Assembly: GCF_009914755.1 (NCBI RefSeq) | Contig: NC_060937.1 | Length of the DNA stretch: 64,000 nucleotides | Source: the human T2T-CHM13v2.0 reference genome, Homo sapiens | Strand: one strand, 5' to 3' | Shown: positions 11,501 to 23,000 of the stretch, piece by piece | Layout: the number at the start of each line of letters is the position of its first letter | Numbering within the stretch: position 1 is the stretch's first letter | Program-made: the position numbers and the translations under genes | Notes under the pieces: model-generated | Told to the model about the DNA's origin: nothing | Database searches by the model: none | What the model saw: the letters and a program-made list of their open reading frames with translations, nothing else

Positions 11501-12889
11501 CCAAATATCCACTTACAGTTTCTACAAAAAGAGTGTTTCCAAACTGCTGCATCAAAAGAGAGGTTCCACTCTGTTAGCTGAGTACACACATCACAAACTT
11601 GTTTCTCAGAATCCTTCTGTCTCGTTTTTCTGGGAAGATATTTACTTTTTCACCGTAGGCATCAAAGCGCTCCAAATGTCCACATCCAGATACTCCAGAA
11701 AGAGTGTTTCAAACCTGCTCTATGAAAGGGAATCTTCAACTCTATGAGTTGAATGCAGACATCAGAAAGAAATTTCTGAGAATGCTGCTGTCTACCTTTT
11801 ATTTGAATTCCCGCTTCCAACGAAATCCTCCAAGCTATCCAAATATCCACTTGCAGATTCCACAAAAAGAGTGTTTCAAAACTGCTATCAATGGCAAAGT
11901 TCAACTCTGTTAGTTGAGGACACATATCACCAACAAGTTTCTGAGAATGCTTCTGTCTATTTTTTATGGGAAGATATTTCCTTTTTCACCGTAGGCGTCA
12001 AGGCGATCGAAATGTCCACTTCCACAAACTACAAAAAGAGTGTTTCAAACCTGCTCTATGAAAGGCCATGTTCATCTCTATGAGTCGAATGGAAATATCC
12101 GAAAGAAATTTCTGGGAATGCTGCTGTCTAGTTTTTATACGAATTCCCGCTTCCAACGAAATCCTCAAAGCAATCCAAATATCCACTTGCAGAATCCACA
12201 AAAAGAGTGTTTCAAAACTGCTCTATCAATAGAAAGGTTCAACTCTTTTAGTTGAGTACACACATCACAAACAAGTTTCTGAGAATGCTTCTGTCTGGCT
12301 TTTATTGGAAGACGTTTCCTTTTCACCAAAGGCATCAAAGCGCTCCAAATGTCCACTTCCAGATTCTTCCAAAAGAGTGTTTGAAACGTGCTCAAAGTAA
12401 GGGAATGTTCAACTCTGTGACTTGAATGCAGATATCACCAAGTAGTTTCTAATAGTGCTTCTGTCTAGATTTTAGATGATGATATTCCCGTTTCCAACGA
12501 AATCGTTAGAGCTATCCAAATATCCACTTACAGTTGCTACAAAAACAGTGTTTCCAAACTGCTGCATCAAAAGAAAGGTTCAACTCTGTTAGTTGAGGTC
12601 ACACGTCACAAAGAAGTTTGTGAGAATGCTTCTGTCTAGATTTTGTATGACGATATTCCCTTTTCCAACGATATCGTTAAAGCAATCTAAATATCCATTT
12701 GCAGAATCCACAAAAATAGAGTTTCAAAGCTGCTCTGTAAAAAGAAAGGTTCCACTCTGTTAGCTGAGTACACACATCACAAACTTGTTTCTCAGAATCC
12801 TTCTGTCTCGTTTTTATGGGAAGATATTTACTTTTTCACCGTAGGCATCAAAGCGCTCCAAATGTCCACATCCAGATACTCCAGAAAGA

Positions 12890-14079
12890 GTGTTTCAAAC
12901 CTGCTCTATGAAAGGGAATCTTCAACTCTATGAGTTGAATGCAGACATCAGAAAGAAATTTCTGAGAATGCTGCTGTCTACCTTTTATTTGAATTCCCGC
13001 TTCCAACGAAATCCTCCAAGCTATCCAAATATCCACTTGCAGATTCCACAAAAAGAGTGTTTCAAAACTGCTCTCTATCAATGGCAAAGTTCAACTCTGT
13101 TAGTTGAGGACACATATCACCAACAAGTTTCTGAGAATGCTTCTGTCTATTTTTTATGGGAAGATATTTCCTTTTTCACCGTAGGCGTCAAGGCGATCGA
13201 AATGTCCACTTCCACAAACTACAAAAAGAGTGTTTCAAACCTGCTCTATGAAAGGCCATGTTCATCTCTATGAGTCGAATGGAAATATCCGAAAGAAATT
13301 TCTGGGAATGCTGCTGTCTAGTTTTTATACGAATTCCCGCTTCCAACGAAATCCTCAAAGCAATCCAAATATCCACTTGCAGAATCCACAAAAAGAGTGT
13401 TTCAAAACTGCTCTATCAATAGAAAGGTTCAACTCTTTTAGTTGAGTACACACATCACAAACAAGTTTCTGAGAATGCTTCTGTCTGGCTTTTATTGGAA
13501 GACGTTTCCTTTTCACCAAAGGCATCAAAGCGCTCCAAATGTCCACTTCCAGATTCTTCCAAAAGAGTGTTTGAAACGTGCTCAAAGTAAGGGAATGTTC
13601 AACTCTGTGACTTGAATGCAGATATCACCAAGTAGTTTCTAATAGTGCTTCTGTCTAGATTTTAGATGATGATATTCCCGTTTCCAACGAAATCGTTAGA
13701 GCTATCCAAATATCCACTTACAGTTGCTACAAAAACAGTGTTTCCAAACTGCTGCATCAAAAGAAAGGTTCAACTCTGTTAGTTGAGGTCACACGTCACA
13801 AAGAAGTTTGTGAGAATGCTTCTGTCTAGATTTTGTATGACGATATTCCCTTTTCCAACGATATCGTTAAAGCAATCTAAATATCCATTTGCAGAATCCA
13901 CAAAAATAGAGTTTCAAAGCTGCTCTGTAAAAAGAAAGGTTCCACTCTGTTAGCTGAGTACACACATCACAAACTTGTTTCTCAGAATCCTTCTGTCTCG
14001 TTTTTATGGGAAGATATTTACTTTTTCACCGTAGGCATCAAAGCGCTCCAAATGTCCACATCCAGATACTCCAGAAAGA
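12890..14079 (-). repeat. Representative 7-mer HOR variant unit (1190 bp)
   Basis: Anchor spacing is 1190 bp. The unit lacks the segment beginning ctgcattttccac...tttggctggg that is present in 11-mers. Confidence 0.96.
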
Positions 14080-17000
14080 GTGTTTCAAACCTGCTCTATG
14101 AAAGGGAATCTTCAACTCTATGAGTTGAATGCAGACATCAGAAAGAAATTTCTGAGAATGCTGCTGTCTACCTTTTATTTGAATTCCCGCTTCCAACGAA
14201 ATCCTCCAAGCTATCCAAATATCCACTTGCAGATTCCACAAAAAGAGTGTTTCAAAACTGCTCTCTATCAATGGCAAAGTTCAACTCTGTTAGTTGAGGA
14301 CACATATCACCAACAAGTTTCTGAGAATGCTTCTGTCTATTTTTTATGGGAAGATATTTCCTTTTTCACCGTAGGCGTCAAGGCGATCGAAATGTCCACT
14401 TCCACAAACTACAAAAAGAGTGTTTCAAACCTGCTCTATGAAAGGCCATGTTCATCTCTATGAGTCGAATGGAAATATCCGAAAGAAATTTCTGGGAATG
14501 CTGCTGTCTAGTTTTTATACGAATTCCCGCTTCCAACGAAATCCTCAAAGCAATCCAAATATCCACTTGCAGAATCCACAAAAAGAGTGTTTCAAAACTG
14601 CTCTATCAATAGAAAGGTTCAACTCTTTTAGTTGAGTACACACATCACAAACAAGTTTCTGAGAATGCTTCTGTCTGGCTTTTATTGGAAGACGTTTCCT
14701 TTTCACCAAAGGCATCAAAGCGCTCCAAATGTCCACTTCCAGATTCTTCCAAAAGAGTGTTTGAAACGTGCTCAAAGTAAGGGAATGTTCAACTCTGTGA
14801 CTTGAATGCAGATATCACCAAGTAGTTTCTAATAGTGCTTCTGTCTAGATTTTAGATGATGATATTCCCGTTTCCAACGAAATCGTTAGAGCTATCCAAA
14901 TATCCACTTACAGTTTCTACAAAAAGAGTGTTTCCAAACTGCTGCATCAAAAGAAAGGTTCAACTCTGTTAGTTGAGGACACACATCACAAAGAAGTTTG
15001 TGAGAATGCTTCTGTCTAGATTTTGTATGACCATATTCCCTTTTCCAGCGATATCATTAAAGCAATCTAAATATCCATTTGCAGAATCCACAAAAATAGA
15101 GTTTCAAAGCTGCTCTGTAAAAAGAAAGGTTCCACTCTGTTAGCTGAGTACACACATCACAAACTTGTTTCTCAGAATCCTTCTGTCTCGTTTTTATGGG
15201 AAGATATTTACTTTTTCACCGTAGGCATCAAAGCGCTCCAAATGTCCACATCCAGATACTCCAGAAAGAGTGTTTCAAACCTGCTCTATGAAAGGGAATC
15301 TTCAACTCTATGAGTTGAATGCAGACATCAGAAAGAAATTTCTGAGAATGCTGCTGTCTACCTTTTATTTGAATTCCCGCTTCCAACGAAATCCTCCAAG
15401 CTATCCAAATATCCACCTGCATTTTCCACAAAAAGAGCGTTTCAAAACTGCTCTATCAATAGAAATGTTCAACTCCTTTGGCTGGGTACACACATCACAA
15501 ACAAGTTTCTGAGAATGCTTCTGTCTAGTTTTTATGGGAAGACATTCCCTTTTTCACCAAAGGCATCAAAGCGCTCCAAATGTCCACTTCCAGACACTAC
15601 AAAAAGAGTGTTTCCAACGTGCTCTAAGAAAGCGAATGTTCAACTCTGTGACTTGAATGCAGATATCACAAAGTAGTTTCTGAGAGGGCTTCTGTGTAGA
15701 TTTTAGATGATGATATTCCCGTTTCCAACGAAATCATTAGAGCTATCCAAATATCCACTTACAGTTTCTACAAAAAGAGTGTTTCCAAACTGCTGCATCA
15801 AAAGAGAGGTTCCACTCTGTTAGCTGAGTACACACATCACAAACTTGTTTCTCAGAATCCTTCTGTCTCGTTTTTCTGGGAAGATATTTACTTTTTCACC
15901 GTAGGCATCAAAGCGCTCCAAATGTCCACATCCAGATACTCCAGAAAGAGTGTTTCAAACCTGCTCTATGAAAGGGAATCTTCAACTCTATGAGTTGAAT
16001 GCAGACATCAGAAAGAAATTTCTGAGAATGCTGCTGTCTACCTTTTATTTGAATTCCCGCTTCCAACGAAATCCTCCAAGCTATCCAAATATCCACTTGC
16101 AGATTCCACAAAAAGAGTGTTTCAAAACTGCTCTCTATCAATGGCAAAGTTCAACTCTGTTAGTTGAGGACACATATCACCAACAAGTTTCTGAGAATGC
16201 TTCTGTCTATTTTTTATGGGAAGATATTTCCTTTTTCACCGTAGGCGTCAAGGCGATCGAAATGTCCACTTCCACAAACTACAAAAAGAGTGTTTCAAAC
16301 CTGCTCTATGAAAGGCCATGTTCATCTCTATGAGTCGAATGGAAATATCCGAAAGAAATTTCTGGGAATGCTGCTGTCTAGTTTTTATACGAATTCCCGC
16401 TTCCAACGAAATCCTCAAAGCAATCCAAATATCCACTTGCAGAATCCACAAAAAGAGTGTTTCAAAACTGCTCTATCAATAGAAAGGTTCAACTCTTTTA
16501 GTTGAGTACACACATCACAAACAAGTTTCTGAGAATGCTTCTGTCTGGCTTTTATTGGAAGACGTTTCCTTTTCACCAAAGGCATCAAAGCGCTCCAAAT
16601 GTCCACTTCCAGATTCTTCCAAAAGAGTGTTTGAAACGTGCTCAAAGTAAGGGAATGTTCAACTCTGTGACTTGAATGCAGATATCACCAAGTAGTTTCT
16701 AATAGTGCTTCTGTCTAGATTTTAGATGATGATATTCCCGTTTCCAACGAAATCGTTAGAGCTATCCAAATATCCACTTACAGTTGCTACAAAAACAGTG
16801 TTTCCAAACTGCTGCATCAAAAGAAAGGTTCAACTCTGTTAGTTGAGGTCACACGTCACAAAGAAGTTTGTGAGAATGCTTCTGTCTAGATTTTGTATGA
16901 CGATATTCCCTTTTCCAACGATATCGTTAAAGCAATCTAAATATCCATTTGCAGAATCCACAAAAATAGAGTTTCAAAGCTGCTCTGTAAAAAGAAAGGT

Positions 17001-20000
17001 TCCACTCTGTTAGCTGAGTACACACATCACAAACTTGTTTCTCAGAATCCTTCTGTCTCGTTTTTATGGGAAGATATTTACTTTTTCACCGTAGGCATCA
17101 AAGCGCTCCAAATGTCCACATCCAGATACTCCAGAAAGAGTGTTTCAAACCTGCTCTATGAAAGGGAATCTTCAACTCTATGAGTTGAATGCAGACATCA
17201 GAAAGAAATTTCTGAGAATGCTGCTGTCTACCTTTTATTTGAATTCCCGCTTCCAACGAAATCCTCCAAGCTATCCAAATATCCACTTGCAGATTCCACA
17301 AAAAGAGTGTTTCAAAACTGCTCTCTATCAATGGCAAAGTTCAACTCTGTTAGTTGAGGACACATATCACCAACAAGTTTCTGAGAATGCTTCTGTCTAT
17401 TTTTTATGGGAAGATATTTCCTTTTTCACCGTAGGCGTCAAGGCGATCGAAATGTCCACTTCCACAAACTACAAAAAGAGTGTTTCAAACCTGCTCTATG
17501 AAAGGCCATGTTCATCTCTATGAGTCGAATGGAAATATCCGAAAGAAATTTCTGGGAATGCTGCTGTCTAGTTTTTATACGAATTCCCGCTTCCAACGAA
17601 ATCCTCAAAGCAATCCAAATATCCACTTGCAGAATCCACAAAAAGAGTGTTTCAAAACTGCTCTATCAATAGAAAGGTTCAACTCTTTTAGTTGAGTACA
17701 CACATCACAAACAAGTTTCTGAGAATGCTTCTGTCTGGCTTTTATTGGAAGACGTTTCCTTTTCACCAAAGGCATCAAAGCGCTCCAAATGTCCACTTCC
17801 AGATTCTTCCAAAAGAGTGTTTGAAACGTGCTCAAAGTAAGGGAATGTTCAACTCTGTGACTTGAATGCAGATATCACCAAGTAGTTTCTAATAGTGCTT
17901 CTGTCTAGATTTTAGATGATGATATTCCCGTTTCCAACGAAATCGTTAGAGCTATCCAAATATCCACTTACAGTTGCTACAAAAACAGTGTTTCCAAACT
18001 GCTGCATCAAAAGAAAGGTTCAACTCTGTTAGTTGAGGTCACACGTCACAAAGAAGTTTGTGAGAATGCTTCTGTCTAGATTTTGTATGACGATATTCCC
18101 TTTTCCAACGATATCGTTAAAGCAATCTAAATATCCATTTGCAGAATCCACAAAAATAGAGTTTCAAAGCTGCTCTGTAAAAAGAAAGGTTCCACTCTGT
18201 TAGCTGAGTACACACATCACAAACTTGTTTCTCAGAATCCTTCTGTCTCGTTTTTCTGGGAAGATATTTACTTTTTCACCGTAGGCATCAAAGCGCTCCA
18301 AATGTCCACATCCAGATACTCCAGAAAGAGTGTTTCAAACCTGCTCTATGAAAGGGAATCTTCAACTCTATGAGTTGAATGCAGACATCAGAAAGAAATT
18401 TCTGAGAATGCTGCTGTCTACCTTTTATTTGAATTCCCGCTTCCAACGAAATCCTCCAAGCTATCCAAATATCCACTTGCAGATTCCACAAAAAGAGTGT
18501 TTCAAAACTGCTCTCTATCAATGGCAAAGTTCAACTCTGTTAGTTGAGGACACATATCACCAACAAGTTTCTGAGAATGCTTCTGTCTATTTTTTATGGG
18601 AAGATATTTCCTTTTTCACCGTAGGCGTCAAGGCGATCGAAATGTCCACTTCCACAAACTACAAAAAGAGTGTTTCAAACCTGCTCTATGAAAGGCCATG
18701 TTCATCTCTATGAGTCGAATGGAAATATCCGAAAGAAATTTCTGGGAATGCTGCTGTCTAGTTTTTATACGAATTCCCGCTTCCAACGAAATCCTCAAAG
18801 CAATCCAAATATCCACTTGCAGAATCCACAAAAAGAGTGTTTCAAAACTGCTCTATCAATAGAAAGGTTCAACTCTTTTAGTTGAGTACACACATCACAA
18901 ACAAGTTTCTGAGAATGCTTCTGTCTGGCTTTTATTGGAAGACGTTTCCTTTTCACCAAAGGCATCAAAGCGCTCCAAATGTCCACTTCCAGATTCTTCC
19001 AAAAGAGTGTTTGAAACGTGCTCAAAGTAAGGGAATGTTCAACTCTGTGACTTGAATGCAGATATCACCAAGTAGTTTCTAATAGTGCTTCTGTCTAGAT
19101 TTTAGATGATGATATTCCCGTTTCCAACGAAATCGTTAGAGCTATCCAAATATCCACTTACAGTTTCTACAAAAAGAGTGTTTCCAAACTGCTGCATCAA
19201 AAGAAAGGTTCAACTCTGTTAGTTGAGGACACACATCACAAAGAAGTTTGTGAGAATGCTTCTGTCTAGATTTTGTATGACCATATTCCCTTTCCCAGCG
19301 ATATCATTAAAGCAATCTAAATATCCATTTGCAGAATCCACAAAAATAGAGTTTCAAAGCTGCTCTGTAAAAAGAAAGGTTCCACTCTGTTAGCTGAGTA
19401 CACACATCACAAACTTGTTTCTCAGAATCCTTCTGTCTCGTTTTTATGGGAAGATATTTACTTTTTCACCGTAGGCATCAAAGCGCTCCAAATGTCCACA
19501 TCCAGATACTCCAGAAAGAGTGTTTCAAACCTGCTCTATGAAAGGGAATCTTCAACTCTATGAGTTGAATGCAGACATCAGAAAGAAATTTCTGAGAATG
19601 CTGCTGTCTACCTTTTATTTGAACTCCCGCTTCCAACGAAATCCTCCAAGCTATCCAAATATCCACTTGCATTTTCCACAAAAAGAGTGCTTCAAAACTG
19701 CTCTATCAATAAATGTTCAACTCCTTTAGCTGGGTGCACACATCACAAACAAGTTTCTGAGAATGCTTCTGTCTAGTTTTTATGGGAAGACATTCCCTTT
19801 TTCACCAAAGGCATCAAAGCGCTCCAAATGTCCACTTCCAGACACTACAAAAAGAGTGTTTCCAACGTGCTCTAAGAAAGCGAATGTTCAACTCTGTGAC
19901 TTGAATGCAGATATCACAAAGTAGTTTCTGAGAGGGCTTCTGTCTAGATTTTAGATGATGATATTCCCGTTTCCAACGAAATCATTAGAGCTATCCAAAT

Positions 20001-23000
20001 ATCCACTTACAGTTTCTACAAAAAGAGTGTTTCCAAACTGCTGCATCAAAAGAGAGGTTCCACTCTGTTAGCTGAGTACACACATCACAAACTTGTTTCT
20101 CAGAATCCTTCTGTCTCGTTTTTCTGGGAAGATATTTACTTTTTCACCGTAGGCATCAAAGCGCTCCAAATGTCCACATCCAGATACTCCAGAAAGAGTG
20201 TTTCAAACCTGCTCTATGAAAGGGAATCTTCAACTCTATGAGTTGAATGCAGACATCAGAAAGAAATTTCTGAGAATGCTGCTGTCTACCTTTTATTTGA
20301 ATTCCCGCTTCCAACGAAATCCTCCAAGCTATCCAAATATCCACTTGCAGATTCCACAAAAAGAGTGTTTCAAAACTGCTCTCTATCAATGGCAAAGTTC
20401 AACTCTGTTAGTTGAGGACACATATCACCAACAAGTTTCTGAGAATGCTTCTGTCTATTTTTTATGGGAAGATATTTCCTTTTTCACCGTAGGCGTCAAG
20501 GCGATCGAAATGTCCACTTCCACAAACTACAAAAAGAGTGTTTCAAACCTGCTCTATGAAAGGCCATGTTCATCTCTATGAGTCGAATGGAAATATCCGA
20601 AAGAAATTTCTGGGAATGCTGCTGTCTAGTTTTTATACGAATTCCCGCTTCCAACGAAATCCTCAAAGCAATCCAAATATCCACTTGCAGAATCCACAAA
20701 AAGAGTGTTTCAAAACTGCTCTATCAATAGAAAGGTTCAACTCTTTTAGTTGAGTACACACATCACAAACAAGTTTCTGAGAATGCTTCTGTCTGGCTTT
20801 TATTGGAAGACGTTTCCTTTTCACCAAAGGCATCAAAGCGCTCCAAATGTCCACTTCCAGATTCTTCCAAAAGAGTGTTTGAAACGTGCTCAAAGTAAGG
20901 GAATGTTCAACTCTGTGACTTGAATGCAGATATCACCAAGTAGTTTCTAATAGTGCTTCTGTCTAGATTTTAGATGATGATATTCCCGTTTCCAACGAAA
21001 TCGTTAGAGCTATCCAAATATCCACTTACAGTTGCTACAAAAACAGTGTTTCCAAACTGCTGCATCAAAAGAAAGGTTCAACTCTGTTAGTTGAGGTCAC
21101 ACGTCACAAAGAAGTTTGTGAGAATGCTTCTGTCTAGATTTTGTATGACGATATTCCCTTTTCCAACGATATCGTTAAAGCAATCTAAATATCCATTTGC
21201 AGAATCCACAAAAATAGAGTTTCAAAGCTGCTCTGTAAAAAGAAAGGTTCCACTCTGTTAGCTGAGTACACACATCACAAACTTGTTTCTCAGAATCCTT
21301 CTGTCTCGTTTTTATGGGAAGATATTTACTTTTTCACCGTAGGCATCAAAGCGCTCCAAATGTCCACATCCAGATACTCCAGAAAGAGTGTTTCAAACCT
21401 GCTCTATGAAAGGGAATCTTCAACTCTATGAGTTGAATGCAGACATCAGAAAGAAATTTCTGAGAATGCTGCTGTCTACCTTTTATTTGAATTCCCGCTT
21501 CCAACGAAATCCTCCAAGCTATCCAAATATCCACTTGCAGATTCCACAAAAAGAGTGTTTCAAAACTGCTCTCTATCAATGGCAAAGTTCAACTCTGTTA
21601 GTTGAGGACACATATCACCAACAAGTTTCTGAGAATGCTTCTGTCTATTTTTTATGGGAAGATATTTCCTTTTTCACCGTAGGCGTCAAGGCGATCGAAA
21701 TGTCCACTTCCACAAACTACAAAAAGAGTGTTTCAAACCTGCTCTATGAAAGGCCATGTTCATCTCTATGAGTCGAATGGAAATATCCGAAAGAAATTTC
21801 TGGGAATGCTGCTGTCTAGTTTTTATACGAATTCCCGCTTCCAACGAAATCCTCAAAGCAATCCAAATATCCACTTGCAGAATCCACAAAAAGAGTGTTT
21901 CAAAACTGCTCTATCAATAGAAAGGTTCAACTCTTTTAGTTGAGTACACACATCACAAACAAGTTTCTGAGAATGCTTCTGTCTGGCTTTTATTGGAAGA
22001 CGTTTCCTTTTCACCAAAGGCATCAAAGCGCTCCAAATGTCCACTTCCAGATTCTTCCAAAAGAGTGTTTGAAACGTGCTCAAAGTAAGGGAATGTTCAA
22101 CTCTGTGACTTGAATGCAGATATCACCAAGTAGTTTCTAATAGTGCTTCTGTCTAGATTTTAGATGATGATATTCCCGTTTCCAACGAAATCGTTAGAGC
22201 TATCCAAATATCCACTTACAGTTGCTACAAAAACAGTGTTTCCAAACTGCTGCATCAAAAGAAAGGTTCAACTCTGTTAGTTGAGGTCACACGTCACAAA
22301 GAAGTTTGTGAGAATGCTTCTGTCTAGATTTTGTATGACGATATTCCCTTTTCCAACGATATCGTTAAAGCAATCTAAATATCCATTTGCAGAATCCACA
22401 AAAATAGAGTTTCAAAGCTGCTCTGTAAAAAGAAAGGTTCCACTCTGTTAGCTGAGTACACACATCACAAACTTGTTTCTCAGAATCCTTCTGTCTCGTT
22501 TTTATGGGAAGATATTTACTTTTTCACCGTAGGCATCAAAGCGCTCCAAATGTCCACATCCAGATACTCCAGAAAGAGTGTTTCAAACCTGCTCTATGAA
22601 AGGGAATCTTCAACTCTATGAGTTGAATGCAGACATCAGAAAGAAATTTCTGAGAATGCTGCTGTCTACCTTTTATTTGAATTCCCGCTTCCAACGAAAT
22701 CCTCCAAGCTATCCAAATATCCACTTGCAGATTCCACAAAAAGAGTGTTTCAAAACTGCTCTCTATCAATGGCAAAGTTCAACTCTGTTAGTTGAGGACA
22801 CATATCACCAACAAGTTTCTGAGAATGCTTCTGTCTATTTTTTATGGGAAGATATTTCCTTTTTCACCGTAGGCGTCAAGGCGATCGAAATGTCCACTTC
22901 CACAAACTACAAAAAGAGTGTTTCAAACCTGCTCTATGAAAGGCCATGTTCATCTCTATGAGTCGAATGGAAATATCCGAAAGAAATTTCTGGGAATGCT

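Larger units (their letters stand above)
1..11703 (-). repeat. Homogeneous block of 11-mer HORs (1870 bp period, about 6.3 copies)
   Basis: The anchor (start of the recurring 127 aa ORF) falls at 484, 2354, 4224, 6094, 7964, 9834 and 11704, giving six exact 1870 bp steps. Only scattered SNPs differ between copies. Confidence 0.97.

Noticed and set aside
12596-12610. CRE-like half site (acgtca) created by haplotype B
   Set aside because: A 6 bp match is expected by chance, and nothing in the sequence supports factor binding in likely methylated satellite.
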